Below are positions 26,134 through 35,750 of a stretch of 64,000 nt of DNA, piece after piece. The number at the start of each line of letters is the position of its first letter. Within the stretch, counting starts at the first letter, position 1. A program made the translations under genes and the position numbers. Origin of the DNA: an uncultured Chloroflexia bacterium (lineage in GTDB: Bacteria > Chloroflexota > Limnocylindria > Limnocylindrales > CSP1-4); NCBI GenBank assembly GCA_963768655.1, contig CAVYIM010000004.1, forward strand, positions 244,761-308,760, read 5' to 3'. The notes under the pieces are model-generated. The model was not told where the DNA came from, did not search any database, and saw only the letters and a program-made list of their open reading frames with translations.

Positions 26134-27507
26134 TCACGCGACCACTCCCTCGACATCCCGGTACATGCCCTTGCGCCAGGTGTGGTCGAGCATGTCGCTC
26201 ATGCACCTGGTCAGAAGGCCGGCCAGCTCCGGGTCCAGGATGTGCATGTCGCAGGCCAGCAGATCCAGGTTCGCCTTCTCGCTGTTCAGGTGCTTCTGGA
26301 GCAGGGACAGCATGAGCGTGGCGCGTTGCGACCAGGTCGGATGCGAGGGATCGGGCTGCCACATCGGCCCGTCGCCGTTGCCCTCGGCCCAGCCCCGCTG
26401 CAGTGTTGCCAGCTCCTCGCTCTGGTCGTAGGCGGACCAGCCGCGCATCGGGATGATCAGCGCCGTGGGCCCTCGCGTCTCGTTCAGCTTGCGGGCGATG
26501 TCCAGGGAGACCTGCTCCACTTCTTCAAGGGTCGCCGGAAGGACCGTCACGGAGTCGTTGTGCTGATATGGCAACCCGCTGCCCCGGTGCGACCTCCGCC
26601 GCCCCGTCTTCAGCTCGTCGAGATACTGTTGGGGCACGGAGTGGAGCGGACCGAGGGCCGCCTGATCGAGGCCACCCGGCACGACGATCTGCGGGATTCC
26701 CATCGCGCTGGCCGCGGTGAGGCGTTCGCCTTCCCACGTCTTTGGGTTTCCGTACACGCTGCCGAGCAGGTTGTTCATGAGCTCGGCGGGGGTGATGTCG
26801 AAGATGGCCGAGATCAGGCCGGAGCGAATCAGATCCTCCATCGTGGCGCCGACACCGACGGCGTGGAAGATGCTGGCATCCCAGCCCTTGCTCTCCATGA
26901 ACACCGCGCACCGCAGAACCGTGGGTGTCGTGGTGCCGTAGGAGGTGATCGCGACCAGCGGTCTGGAGCCTCGCGGGACCTCGGGCACCAGGGCCATCGC
27001 GACGACGGCCGCGGCCGCGTTCGCCACCGCCTTGCGGGTGACGACGTTGATGCCCTGTTCGGCGGTGGGATTGACGATGTAGATGTCCTTGTTGCCCAGC
27101 CACATGCTGACGTCGCTCGACGCCATGTCGGTGAGCATGATCTTCGGGACCCCGAAGGGGAGAGCCCGCATGACCCGGGTCGCGGCCGTCGTGCCAACCG
27201 ATCCCGCCCACGAGATGATGCCGTCGCACCTGCCCGCCGCATGGAGCTCCACGATCTTGACGGCGCCGGCACGACCGACCATGTCGAGCGCACTCGCCCG
27301 CGGTGCCGCGAAGACGTCTTCGATGCGAGTGCCCGTGGAGGCCAGGACCTCCTCCAGGCGGATGTCGGCCCAGTCGACTGCGGCGCCCAGGCTGAGGTCC
27401 ATGATGACCGGCTCGCCGCCGTGCTCCGCGACCTGCTCCGCCAGGTACCTGATCTCGGCGCTCTTGGTATTGCACATGCCGGCGCAGACGATCGTCGGCT
27501 TGGTCAT
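26134..27507 (-). CDS. UPF0261/Tm-1-like family protein (orphan copy, no adjacent TIM-barrel partner)
   Basis: N-terminus MTKPTIVCAGMCNTKSAEIRYL parallels MSKTVLLIGTLDTKGREYAYV of the second copy at 51117. Likely start at residue 42 of the ORF. Confidence 0.55.
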   Translation of the reverse strand: MTKPTIVCAGMCNTKSAEIRYLAEQVAEHGGEPVIMDLSLGAAVDWADIRLEEVLASTGTRIEDVFAAPRASALDMVGRAGAVKIVELHAAGRCDGIISWAGSVGTTAATRVMRALPFGVPKIMLTDMASSDVSMWLGNKDIYIVNPTAEQGINVVTRKAVANAAAAVVAMALVPEVPRGSRPLVAITSYGTTTPTVLRCAVFMESKGWDASIFHAVGVGATMEDLIRSGLISAIFDITPAELMNNLLGSVYGNPKTWEGERLTAASAMGIPQIVVPGGLDQAALGPLHSVPQQYLDELKTGRRRSHRGSGLPYQHNDSVTVLPATLEEVEQVSLDIARKLNETRGPTALIIPMRGWSAYDQSEELATLQRGWAEGNGDGPMWQPDPSHPTWSQRATLMLSLLQKHLNSEKANLDLLACDMHILDPELAGLLTRCMSDMLDHTWRKGMYRDVEGVVA

Positions 27508-27796
27508 CTTCGGACACCTTCCTCGCATGTCGCGTCCGGGGCGGCCCTCGGCCGGTCGGACCGATCCGAAGGACACCTCGTGACTGTCCCCTCTAGGATG
27601 ACGCGCTTCGCCGCCGCCGTCCTGCGGCACGGCCGACGCCTCTGCCGCCGCCGACCGGCCGCGGGCGTGCCGCCGGTTCGAGACGTAGAATCCTCGGGCC
27701 GGGACGGTCGCGATCTCACGCTCACCATCGCCTTGGGGCGGACAGCCGCCGGACTTGCTGCCGGCAGTGGCGGGCCCAGCTGCAGGAGGCTACGCG

Positions 27797-28969
27797 ATGA
27801 AGGAACTCGTCGAGACCATCGCCGCGTGGCGGTCCGACGGCGCCGACATCGGCCGGGCCGTCGTCGTACGCACGTTCGGCTCGGCGCCACGACCGGAGGG
27901 CGCGGTTCTGCTCGCGGCGGCCGACGGTCGGATCGCCGGCTCCGTGAGCGGCGGCTGCGTCGAGGGGGCCGCCTTCGAGGAGATCCAGCGGGCCCGAGCG
28001 ACCGGCCGCTCGCGCGTCATCCGGTACGGCATCAGCGACCAGCAGGCATGGGACGTGGGGCTCGCCTGCGGCGGCGTCATCGACGTACTGGTGGAGCCGT
28101 CCGTGCCCGGGGCTGCCGAGGCTGCGGCGCGGGCGGCGGCGGAACATGATCTGGCCGGCGGCCGGGCCGTGGTCACGCCACTCCCCGGCGACTCACCGGG
28201 GCCCGAGGCGGGGCCGCATGTGCCGGGCGAGGGCGAGGCGCCTGCCCCGGTGCTCGTCGCGTGGGAGGACGGGCGCCTCGACGGCACGCTCGGCGACCCG
28301 TCACTCGACGCGGAGCTTGTACGCCTGGCGATGGAGTCGCTGACCAGCGGCGCCTCCCGAACGGTGGAGCTGGCCGGCAGGTCGCTGTTCATCGAAGCCT
28401 TTCCGACCCCGCCGAGGCTCATCGTCGTGGGCGCAGGCCAGGTCGCAATCCCCCTCGTGGCGATTGCCCGCACCCTTGGCTACGAGACGGTCGTGATCGA
28501 TGGCCGGCCGGCCTTCGCCACCCGGGAGCGGTTCCCGGACGTCGATCGGCTCGTTGTGGGTTGGCCCGATGAAGTGGCGGATTCGATCGGCCTCGGCCCG
28601 TCCGACGCCGTGGCGGTGCTGTCTCACGACGCAAAGTTCGACGAGCCGGCCCTCCTTGCCGCTCTCGCTCGAGGCTGCCGGTACGTCGGAGCGATCGGCT
28701 CACGCAAGAAAGTCGCCGATATGCGGGAGCGCCTGCTGGCGGCCGGGGCCCGGCGTGAGGACCTGGACCGGCTGCGCAGTCCGGTCGGCCTCGACCTTGG
28801 CGGACGCGCGGCGGCCGAGATCGCCCTCTCGATCATGGCCGAGATCGTGGCGATGCGCTATGGGGGGACGGGCCTGGCGATGCGCGAGAAGACTCGGCCG
28901 AAAGCCGACCCAAGATTCCCGGCGGCTCCGTCCCCAACGGTTCCGCCTGGCCCGGTTGCCGGAGCGTGA
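27797..28969 (+). CDS. XdhC/CoxI-family molybdoenzyme maturation factor
   Basis: N-terminal XdhC_CoxI domain (AVVVRTFGSAPR..GA) and C-terminal Rossmann (LIVVGAGQVAIPL). AGGAGG RBS. Confidence 0.8.
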   Translation: MKELVETIAAWRSDGADIGRAVVVRTFGSAPRPEGAVLLAAADGRIAGSVSGGCVEGAAFEEIQRARATGRSRVIRYGISDQQAWDVGLACGGVIDVLVEPSVPGAAEAAARAAAEHDLAGGRAVVTPLPGDSPGPEAGPHVPGEGEAPAPVLVAWEDGRLDGTLGDPSLDAELVRLAMESLTSGASRTVELAGRSLFIEAFPTPPRLIVVGAGQVAIPLVAIARTLGYETVVIDGRPAFATRERFPDVDRLVVGWPDEVADSIGLGPSDAVAVLSHDAKFDEPALLAALARGCRYVGAIGSRKKVADMRERLLAAGARREDLDRLRSPVGLDLGGRAAAEIALSIMAEIVAMRYGGTGLAMREKTRPKADPRFPAAPSPTVPPGPVAGA

Positions 28970-29595
28970 TCGAGGCCGGCCGGACGGCCGCGGTCGTGCT
29001 GGCGGCAGGCGCTTCGTCGCAATTCGGCAGCTCGAAGGCGCTGGCCCCGCTGTGGGGCCGTCCGCTGCTCCAGCACGTCCTCGACGTGGCGGCGGCCATC
29101 GGCTTCGGAGATGTCGTCGTCGTCCTCGGCCACGACGCCGGCGAGATCGAACGGCAGCTGCGCTGGCGGAACGAGCGACGGGTGCGCAACCCGGATCCGG
29201 ATGCAGGCCTATCCAGCTCTCTCCGGCTCGGGCTCGAAAGCCTGGGCCCGGTCAGCCAGGCCGCGCTCATCCTGCTCGGCGACCAGCCGCTCGTGCAAGT
29301 GGAGGTGGTGGAGCGGCTGCTTGCCGAGTCCGTCTCCGAGGCTCGGCCGATAGCGATACCTCGATACCGCGACGGAGGCGGCCGGAATCCGCTGTTGATC
29401 CATCGCGCGGCCTGGGCGCTGGCACGCGAGGCGCGGGCCGACCGGGGCCTCGGGCCCGTTCTGCGCGATCATCCGGACCTGGTCGTCGAAGTCGACGTGG
29501 AGGGCTCGAACCCCGACATCGACACGCCGGAGGACCTGGCGGCCCTGGAGAACTCGCCGGACCGGCAAGGCCACCCCGTCGCCGGCTCGCCGTAG
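28966..29595 (+). CDS. MobA-like NTP transferase (molybdenum cofactor cytidylyltransferase MocA-like)
   Basis: AAVVLAAGASSQFG. Start overlaps the XdhC stop (GTGA). Confidence 0.75.
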   Translation: MIEAGRTAAVVLAAGASSQFGSSKALAPLWGRPLLQHVLDVAAAIGFGDVVVVLGHDAGEIERQLRWRNERRVRNPDPDAGLSSSLRLGLESLGPVSQAALILLGDQPLVQVEVVERLLAESVSEARPIAIPRYRDGGGRNPLLIHRAAWALAREARADRGLGPVLRDHPDLVVEVDVEGSNPDIDTPEDLAALENSPDRQGHPVAGSP

Positions 29596-29890
29596 CCCAT
29601 CTGGCCACGAGCATTACTCGAGGAGTACCGACACGCATACCGACCGAAGTCTCCCGCTCGCCTCCATTCCAAACCTGCGTGACGTTGGGGGTCAGACCAC
29701 CGCCGACGGCCGGCGCGTCCGGACGGGCCTGCTGTACCGTTCGAGCGCTCTGGACAAGCTCGAAGGCGCGGATGCGGTCGAGTTCGCCCGGCTGGGCGTC
29801 CGCACGATCTACGACTTCCGCACCGAGCCGGAGCGGGCGGCGCGGCCCGACCGGCTGCCCCCGGGCGCGGAGTACGTCGCGGTCGACGTC

Positions 29891-30430
29891 GTGGGCGACC
29901 AGGCAAAGCACGCGCCGAGCCAGCTCATGGAAGCCATGCGCGATCCAGCCGTCGCCGTCGAGGAGTTCGGCAACGGCAAGGGCACGGCCACGTTCCTCGC
30001 TCACTATCGGGAGTTCGTCAGTCTCGAGAGTGCGCGTCTTGCCCTGGGACGGGTGTTCGGCGATCTCACCGAGGAACAGCACCGACCGGCCCTCATCCAC
30101 TGCATGGGTGGCAAGGATCGAACGGGCTGGGCGGCGGCCTCACTGCAGCTCCTGCTGGGTGTGCCCGAGGACCTGGTGACGGCCGACTTCCTGGCCAGCA
30201 ACGGGAATCTGCGGCCGATGTTCCAGTCCTTCCTCGACGACTTCGAGGCCCGCGGTGGCGATCCGGACCTCATCGCCGAGTTCCTCTGGGTCCGCCCCGA
30301 GTATCTCGAAGCCGCCCTCGACGAGATGCGGACCTCGTACGGGACGATCGAGCGCTACTTCAGCGACGGGCTGCGGCTCGCCGACGGGAAGCTCCGGGCT
30401 CTTCGGGCGACGTTCCTCGAAGGCGCTTGA
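29891..30430 (+). CDS. Protein-tyrosine/Ser phosphatase-like protein (CX5R motif HCMGGKDRTG); 5' end uncertain
   Basis: In-frame similarity (IPNLRDVGG...LLYRS, typical of the Y_phosphatase3 family) extends upstream to about 29640. There is no ATG/GTG/TTG start in frame there, only the GTG at 29891. Confidence 0.6.
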   Translation: MGDQAKHAPSQLMEAMRDPAVAVEEFGNGKGTATFLAHYREFVSLESARLALGRVFGDLTEEQHRPALIHCMGGKDRTGWAAASLQLLLGVPEDLVTADFLASNGNLRPMFQSFLDDFEARGGDPDLIAEFLWVRPEYLEAALDEMRTSYGTIERYFSDGLRLADGKLRALRATFLEGA

Positions 30431-30556
30431 CAGGCGAGCCTGTCGCCCGGCTGCCGGGAGGACGTCACGCAGCCTGGCCTCCTGGGCGATTGAGCGGCAA
30501 GCGCGCGAACGGGCAACCCCGCTCGGGCCGCTCCGAACGGTCGCGGGCGCCCGGCG

Positions 30557-31042
30557 TCAGGCCGGCTCGTCCGGCTTTGCCGGCTCGGCCGGTTCCCACC
30601 AGTTGGCCGGGGAACGCAGCGGGTTGGCGCGGGCGATCAGCTCCCGAAAGCCGGCCCGGGGCGGGGAGAAGACGTCGGCGACGAGGCATGCGGTCCCGAG
30701 TGTTCGACCTTCGTGTGGGACATCCGGCGGGATCACGTAGAGGTCGCCCTTGTGAAGCAGCCGGGTCTCGTCCCCGATGGTCAGCTCCATCTCGCCCTCC
30801 AGGACGAGGCCGAACTGCTCCTCGGGGTGGTTGTGGCCTGGGAACCCCCGGTCGGGTCCGAAGGTGACGTAGTTGAGCAGGATGTTCTGGCCGAAGATCG
30901 GCCGGAACGAGACGCCTTCGGCAAGTTCGTACAGCGGCTGGTCGTCGCGCGGGCCCATCCATGCGCCGGCGGCATCGGCCCCGGTGTCGGCAGTGGACGG
31001 CGGGCTCGTTCGGAAGTACGGCTCCGGGTCTTTGTCGGTCAC
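30557..31042 (-). CDS. Cupin domain protein
   Basis: GHNHPEEQFGLVLEGEMEL is a cupin motif. Likely GTG start at 31042, overlapping the ADH stop (GTGA). Confidence 0.65.
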   Translation of the reverse strand: MTDKDPEPYFRTSPPSTADTGADAAGAWMGPRDDQPLYELAEGVSFRPIFGQNILLNYVTFGPDRGFPGHNHPEEQFGLVLEGEMELTIGDETRLLHKGDLYVIPPDVPHEGRTLGTACLVADVFSPPRAGFRELIARANPLRSPANWWEPAEPAKPDEPA

Positions 31043-32106
31043 GGCAGGATGACGATCTTGATGGCGCCGCTCGTGGGATCGTTGAACGTGGCGAGCGCCT
31101 GCTCGTACAGGCTCAGCGAGAAGCGGTGGGTGACCATCTCGTGCACTCGCATGCGTCCCTGCTCGACAAGCGGCATGACGCGTCGCATCTCGCCCGCGCT
31201 GGCCCGGCAGCCGACGAGCTCGAGCTCGTCGAGGACCAGTCTCTGCATCGCTATCTCGACGCCGGCTGTGGGGATCCCGACGGCTGCGCACCGCCCGCCG
31301 CGCCGGAGCATGCCGATCGCCCACTGGACCGTGACCGGCACGCCGGCGCATTCGAGGACCACGTCGACGCCGAGGCCGCGGGTCATGCCGCGGATAGCCT
31401 CGACCGGATCGCCGGCGCCCGGGTCCATGGTCTCGAAGCCGAGCTCCGCGGCCTTGGCCCGGCGGCCGGCGTTGGGCTCCACCACGATCACGCGGGAGGC
31501 TCCTCGGACCAGCGCAGCGTCGCCGGACAGGAGCCCGATCGCGCCGCCGCCGGTGATCGCGACGGCGTCGCCCGGAGCCACCCCGCCCCGGTTCGCGACG
31601 TGGAGGGCGATCGAGGCCGGGTCGATGATCGCTCCGTCCTCGAAGCTGATCCCGTCCGGCAGGGCGAAGATGGTCTTCACGCCCTGGACGACGTAGGTCG
31701 CGTCCGCGCCCTGGTAGTTGTGCCCGTACTGTTTGTGGAGCCCGGGCTTGCCGTAGTTCTCGCACAGGTTGTAGCGTCCCTCGACGCACTTCTGGCAGAA
31801 GCCGCAGGCGTCGTGGGAGGTGCCGGCGACGCGGTCGCCGACCTTCCAGCCGTACAGATCGGAACCGGGGCCCAGGGCCACGATCTCGCCGGCCCACTCG
31901 TGGCCCGGGATGAAAGGGAAGCTGAGCGGCCAGAAGCCGGGGTAGTCGCCGCGGACGAGGTGGATGTCGGTGCCGCAGATCGAGACTGCGCGGACCCGCG
32001 CCAGGACTTGATTCGGGCCGGGGGCCGGAGTCGGCACGTCCTGGATCTCGACGCGATTTGGCTCGAGAACGACGAGGGCCTTCATGGTTGGGGCAAGATC
32101 GGGCAC
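31039..32106 (-). CDS. Zinc-dependent alcohol dehydrogenase (MDR family, threonine/sorbitol dehydrogenase-like)
   Basis: GHEWAGEIVALG, structural-Zn Cys cluster (CGFCQKC), GGGAIGL Rossmann. Confidence 0.8.
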   Translation of the reverse strand: MPDLAPTMKALVVLEPNRVEIQDVPTPAPGPNQVLARVRAVSICGTDIHLVRGDYPGFWPLSFPFIPGHEWAGEIVALGPGSDLYGWKVGDRVAGTSHDACGFCQKCVEGRYNLCENYGKPGLHKQYGHNYQGADATYVVQGVKTIFALPDGISFEDGAIIDPASIALHVANRGGVAPGDAVAITGGGAIGLLSGDAALVRGASRVIVVEPNAGRRAKAAELGFETMDPGAGDPVEAIRGMTRGLGVDVVLECAGVPVTVQWAIGMLRRGGRCAAVGIPTAGVEIAMQRLVLDELELVGCRASAGEMRRVMPLVEQGRMRVHEMVTHRFSLSLYEQALATFNDPTSGAIKIVILP

Positions 32107-32119
32107 CGGTATTCCCTCC

Positions 32120-33010
32120 CTATGTCACGGCCAGCGGGTCGACCATCGAGCCCGTAGCGCCCCGGATCTTGAGCGGCAGGGCGACGAAGAGGAACTGGTA
32201 GACGCGATCCGCGGCGAGCGCCTCAAGATCGAGGCTTTCCATCAGATGGATCCCGTTTTCGATCAGCAGCAGGGTGTGGACAGGCTGGGGATTGCCGGTG
32301 GGGCCCGGATCGGGGGCCGGCTGGACCTCGTACGTCTCGGTGTCCGTGCCGGTCGCGACGACGCCCCGCTCGAGGAGCCAGCGGGCGGCGGAGATGTCGG
32401 GTCCGGCGGTCTTGTTGGCGGCCATCTTCTCGGCGTCGGGCCAGAGGCTCATGTAGCCGGTCCGGATCAGGACGACGTCCCAGGGCTCAACGGTGACGCC
32501 CTCGGCCTTGCACATCGCCTCCATCTCGTCGGCTCCGACGGGCGAGCCCTTGGGGAGATGAGCCAGGCCGCGGTGACCGGCGGCATCGAGCAGGATGCCG
32601 CGGGTGAAGAATGGCGGCATCTTGGAGGCGTCGCCGAAGGTTGGCCCGAAATCGGTCAGGTTGTCGTCGGCCTTGCCGCCGCCGTACCAGTGCATGTCCT
32701 CGCCCACGGTCATGTGGGCCAGGGCGTCCAGGTGGGCCCCGGAATGCGACGTCGCCATGACGTACTCGGCCATGTAGCCGAGGCCGGCATCGTTGATGGG
32801 CCCCCACGGCTTGGCGCCGGTCACGCGGATGCCGCGCGGGGTGCGGTAGTTGAGGACCTGGAAGGGCGGGTGGCCCGGGAAGAGCGGCATGCCGGGGTAC
32901 CGGGTCGCCGCCAGCGAGTAAGTGCGACCCTCGCGAACCAGTCGGGCCGCCTTGACCAGCTGCTCGGCCGGCATCCGCCCGATCAGCCCAACCTCCGTGT
33001 CTTCCGTCAT
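32120..33010 (-). CDS. Cyclase family protein (kynurenine formamidase-like)
   Basis: HSGAHLDALAHM is the putative-cyclase HxGTHxDxPxH-like motif. Confidence 0.65.
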   Translation of the reverse strand: MTEDTEVGLIGRMPAEQLVKAARLVREGRTYSLAATRYPGMPLFPGHPPFQVLNYRTPRGIRVTGAKPWGPINDAGLGYMAEYVMATSHSGAHLDALAHMTVGEDMHWYGGGKADDNLTDFGPTFGDASKMPPFFTRGILLDAAGHRGLAHLPKGSPVGADEMEAMCKAEGVTVEPWDVVLIRTGYMSLWPDAEKMAANKTAGPDISAARWLLERGVVATGTDTETYEVQPAPDPGPTGNPQPVHTLLLIENGIHLMESLDLEALAADRVYQFLFVALPLKIRGATGSMVDPLAVT

Positions 33011-35277
33011 CGTTCGCTCCTCCCCGTGGCTGCCGGTACCGCTCGCTCCTGCAGCGCCCGCCAGACGCGTTCGGGTGTGAGCGGCAGATCACGGATCACG
33101 GCACCTGTGGCCTCGCGCACGGCGGCAGCCACGGCCGCCGAGACGCACAGGAGAGCGCCCTCGCTCATGCCCTTTGCGCCGTACGGGCCCGGCCCGTCGG
33201 CGTTCTCGATGAACTCGCTGTGCAGCTCCAGGGGCAGGTCCATGCTCGTCGGAATGCGGTAGTCGATCGCGCCGAGATTCCGGACCCGGCCGGACTCGTC
33301 GAAGATGTAGTGCTCCATGAGGGTGTGGCCGAGACCCATGATGGCTGCGCCCTCGTCCTGCATCCGAACCTGGAGCGGGTTGATGGCCTTGCCGACGTCG
33401 GACACGGTCACGTGGCGGACGATGACGACGTCGCCCGTGCCCTCGTCCACCCTGGCCTCTATGGCCGTGCAGTTGAACTCGAAGAAGGCCGGCGCTCCCT
33501 GGAGCGGATGGTCGGGCTCGGCCTCCTTGCGGCTCTCGCCGTTGCCGGTCAATTCGCCGCCGAGGCTGCCGAGGCCGGCCTTGAGGACCTCCAGCACCGT
33601 CAGCTCGCGATCGGGCAGGCGGACCACTCCCGAGTCGACGGTGATCTTCTCCTCGTCGACGCCGTGCATCTGGGCCGCCATCTTGCGCAGCTGGGCCTGG
33701 ATAGAGCGGCAGGCCCGCAGGACCGCGTTGCCCATCAGGACCGTCGATCGGCTGGCCGAGGTCTGCGCGTCGTACGGGACGATGGCCGTGTCGCCCATGA
33801 CCACGGTCACCCAGTCCTGCGGCGCGCCCAGCTCCTGGGCGGCGATCTGGGCGAAGACCGTCCGGGCACCCTGGCCCATGTCGGACGTTCCCGCATAGAC
33901 GATGACGCTGCCGTCCGCGAGAAGGCGAACTGTGGAGTACGAGAGGCCCGTGGTGGGCCCGGACTTGATGCCGATGGCGATGCCGCGGCCGTGGCCGGGC
34001 GGGAGCGGCGTACCCCACCCGATCAGCTCGCCGGCCTTGCGGACGGTCTGCTGCCAGTCGCCGTCGGCCGGAGTGTCCCACGGGATGAAGGCCTCGCCCT
34101 TGCGGGCCAGATTGCGCAGGCGGAACTCGAGGCGGTCGATGCCCAGGGCCCGAGCTGCCTCGTCCAGGTTCGATTCCACGGCCCAGTTGATCTGGGGGTT
34201 GCCGAAGCCGCGGAACGCGGTGGACGGAACGGTGTGGGAGAGGATACCGCGGGCCACGATCCTGGCGGCCGGCATGCGGTAGGGTCCTGCTCCGACGTAG
34301 CTGCCCTTGTTCACGACCCGATCGGCGATGTCGACGTAGGCCCCCATCAGGTAGTCGGCCGTGACGTCCTGGAAGACCAGTGTGCCGTCGGAGCGGACGC
34401 CGGTCCGGACGTGGATCTCCGCCGCCGTGCGTCGAACCGCCTGGAATGTCTCCTCCAGGGTCAACACGAGCCGCACCGGGCGGCCGGCCCGGAGGGCCAT
34501 GAAGGCGACGACGGGCTCGTACTTGATCTGCTGCTTGCCGCCGAACCCACCTCCCGGATCCGGAGCGATCACGCGCACCCTGGACAGGGGCAGGCCGAGG
34601 ATGCCGGCCATGATCCTCTGGAGCCAGTAAGGATGCTGGATGGTCGTCCAGACGGTGATGCCGTCGCCGTCCGGGGCGACCATGTAGGCGTGGGGCTCGA
34701 TCGCGAAGTGGGTCACCATCGGGAAGCTGTAGCTGTTCTCGATGACGACATCGGCATGCTCGGCGTCGACGTCTCCCCAGCCAACGCGATGCACGCGCAT
34801 GACGTTCGTGGCGGCCAGTGGGTCACCCGGCCGGAGGGCGCGATCCTGGACGAGCGGAGCTCCCGGGTCGAGGGCCGCCGCGATCGTGAAGATGGCCGGC
34901 AGCTCTTCGTACTCGACCCGGACCAGGCGGGCGGCGGCCTCGGCGGCGGCCTTGGTGTCGGCTGCGACCGCGGCCACGGGCTCGCCGTGGTACTTGGTCT
35001 CGCCCACCGCCAGAACGGGTCGGTCCTTGAACTGCGGCCCGTAGCGCGGCACGGGCTGGGGCAGATCGGCGGCCGTGAGGACGACGCGGACGCCCGGTAC
35101 CGCCATGGCGGCTGACGTGTCGATGCTGATGATTCGCGCCCGCGCGACGGGCAGGGTGACGAGCTTGGCGTAGAGCTCGCCGGGAAGGTGGATGTCGGCC
35201 ACGTACTGCTGCTGGCCGGTGACGCGGGTGTCTCCGCCGGAGCGCCACGGCGAGGCACCGACCTTGAATGTGCTCAT
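33007..35277 (-). CDS. Xanthine dehydrogenase/aerobic CO dehydrogenase family molybdopterin-binding large subunit (CoxL-like)
   Basis: About 756 aa from the ATG at 35277. GAGPYRMP and GFGGK motifs. Sits with FAD and 2Fe-2S subunit genes. Confidence 0.85.
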   Translation of the reverse strand: MSTFKVGASPWRSGGDTRVTGQQQYVADIHLPGELYAKLVTLPVARARIISIDTSAAMAVPGVRVVLTAADLPQPVPRYGPQFKDRPVLAVGETKYHGEPVAAVAADTKAAAEAAARLVRVEYEELPAIFTIAAALDPGAPLVQDRALRPGDPLAATNVMRVHRVGWGDVDAEHADVVIENSYSFPMVTHFAIEPHAYMVAPDGDGITVWTTIQHPYWLQRIMAGILGLPLSRVRVIAPDPGGGFGGKQQIKYEPVVAFMALRAGRPVRLVLTLEETFQAVRRTAAEIHVRTGVRSDGTLVFQDVTADYLMGAYVDIADRVVNKGSYVGAGPYRMPAARIVARGILSHTVPSTAFRGFGNPQINWAVESNLDEAARALGIDRLEFRLRNLARKGEAFIPWDTPADGDWQQTVRKAGELIGWGTPLPPGHGRGIAIGIKSGPTTGLSYSTVRLLADGSVIVYAGTSDMGQGARTVFAQIAAQELGAPQDWVTVVMGDTAIVPYDAQTSASRSTVLMGNAVLRACRSIQAQLRKMAAQMHGVDEEKITVDSGVVRLPDRELTVLEVLKAGLGSLGGELTGNGESRKEAEPDHPLQGAPAFFEFNCTAIEARVDEGTGDVVIVRHVTVSDVGKAINPLQVRMQDEGAAIMGLGHTLMEHYIFDESGRVRNLGAIDYRIPTSMDLPLELHSEFIENADGPGPYGAKGMSEGALLCVSAAVAAAVREATGAVIRDLPLTPERVWRALQERAVPAATGRSER

Positions 35278-35750
35278 TCGTGGGCTCCTTCCGCCACGGC
35301 CAGAACGGCCTCGGCGATCTGGAGGTAGCAGGCGCATCGGCACAGGTTCCCGGACAGGCCTTCTTGAACTTCCCCGAGCGTGGCATGCGGATGCGCGGAC
35401 AGCAGGGCCTGCGCGGCCATCAGCTGGCCGGGCGTGCAGAAGCCGCACTGGACCGCGCCCTTTTCCAGGAACGCCTGCTGGAGAGGACTGAGCTGCCCAT
35501 CGCCGCCCAGCCCTTCGACCGTGGAGACCTCGGCGCCGTCGGCCTCGACCGCCAGCATCAGGCAGCTGTCCACGGCCCGGCCGCTCACGAGAACGGTGCA
35601 GGCGCCGCACTCACCGACGTCGCAGCACTCCTTGGTGCCGGTCAGCTCCAGCTCGTCGCGGAGGACGTCGAGGAGTGTCCGGTTGACGGCCACCTCGATG
35701 GCCCGGCGACGGCCGTTTACGGTGATCTCGATCGGAAGCGTGTCAACCAT
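35274..35750 (-). CDS. (2Fe-2S)-binding small subunit (CoxS-like)
   Basis: CDVGECGACTV and CGFCTPG cysteine clusters. Confidence 0.85.
   Translation of the reverse strand: MVDTLPIEITVNGRRRAIEVAVNRTLLDVLRDELELTGTKECCDVGECGACTVLVSGRAVDSCLMLAVEADGAEVSTVEGLGGDGQLSPLQQAFLEKGAVQCGFCTPGQLMAAQALLSAHPHATLGEVQEGLSGNLCRCACYLQIAEAVLAVAEGAHE

Noticed and set aside
25842-26134. Moco riboswitch upstream of moaA
   Set aside because: The leader is long enough, but I could not identify the conserved Moco-RNA motif elements by eye. It is listed only as something to test with Infernal, not as a feature.
30557-31897. 446-aa ORF covering 30557-31897 taken as one gene
   Set aside because: Only the C-terminal ~160 aa (cupin) is real. 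The upstream part is an off-frame of the ADH gene on the same strand, and the cupin most likely starts at the GTG overlapping the ADH stop.
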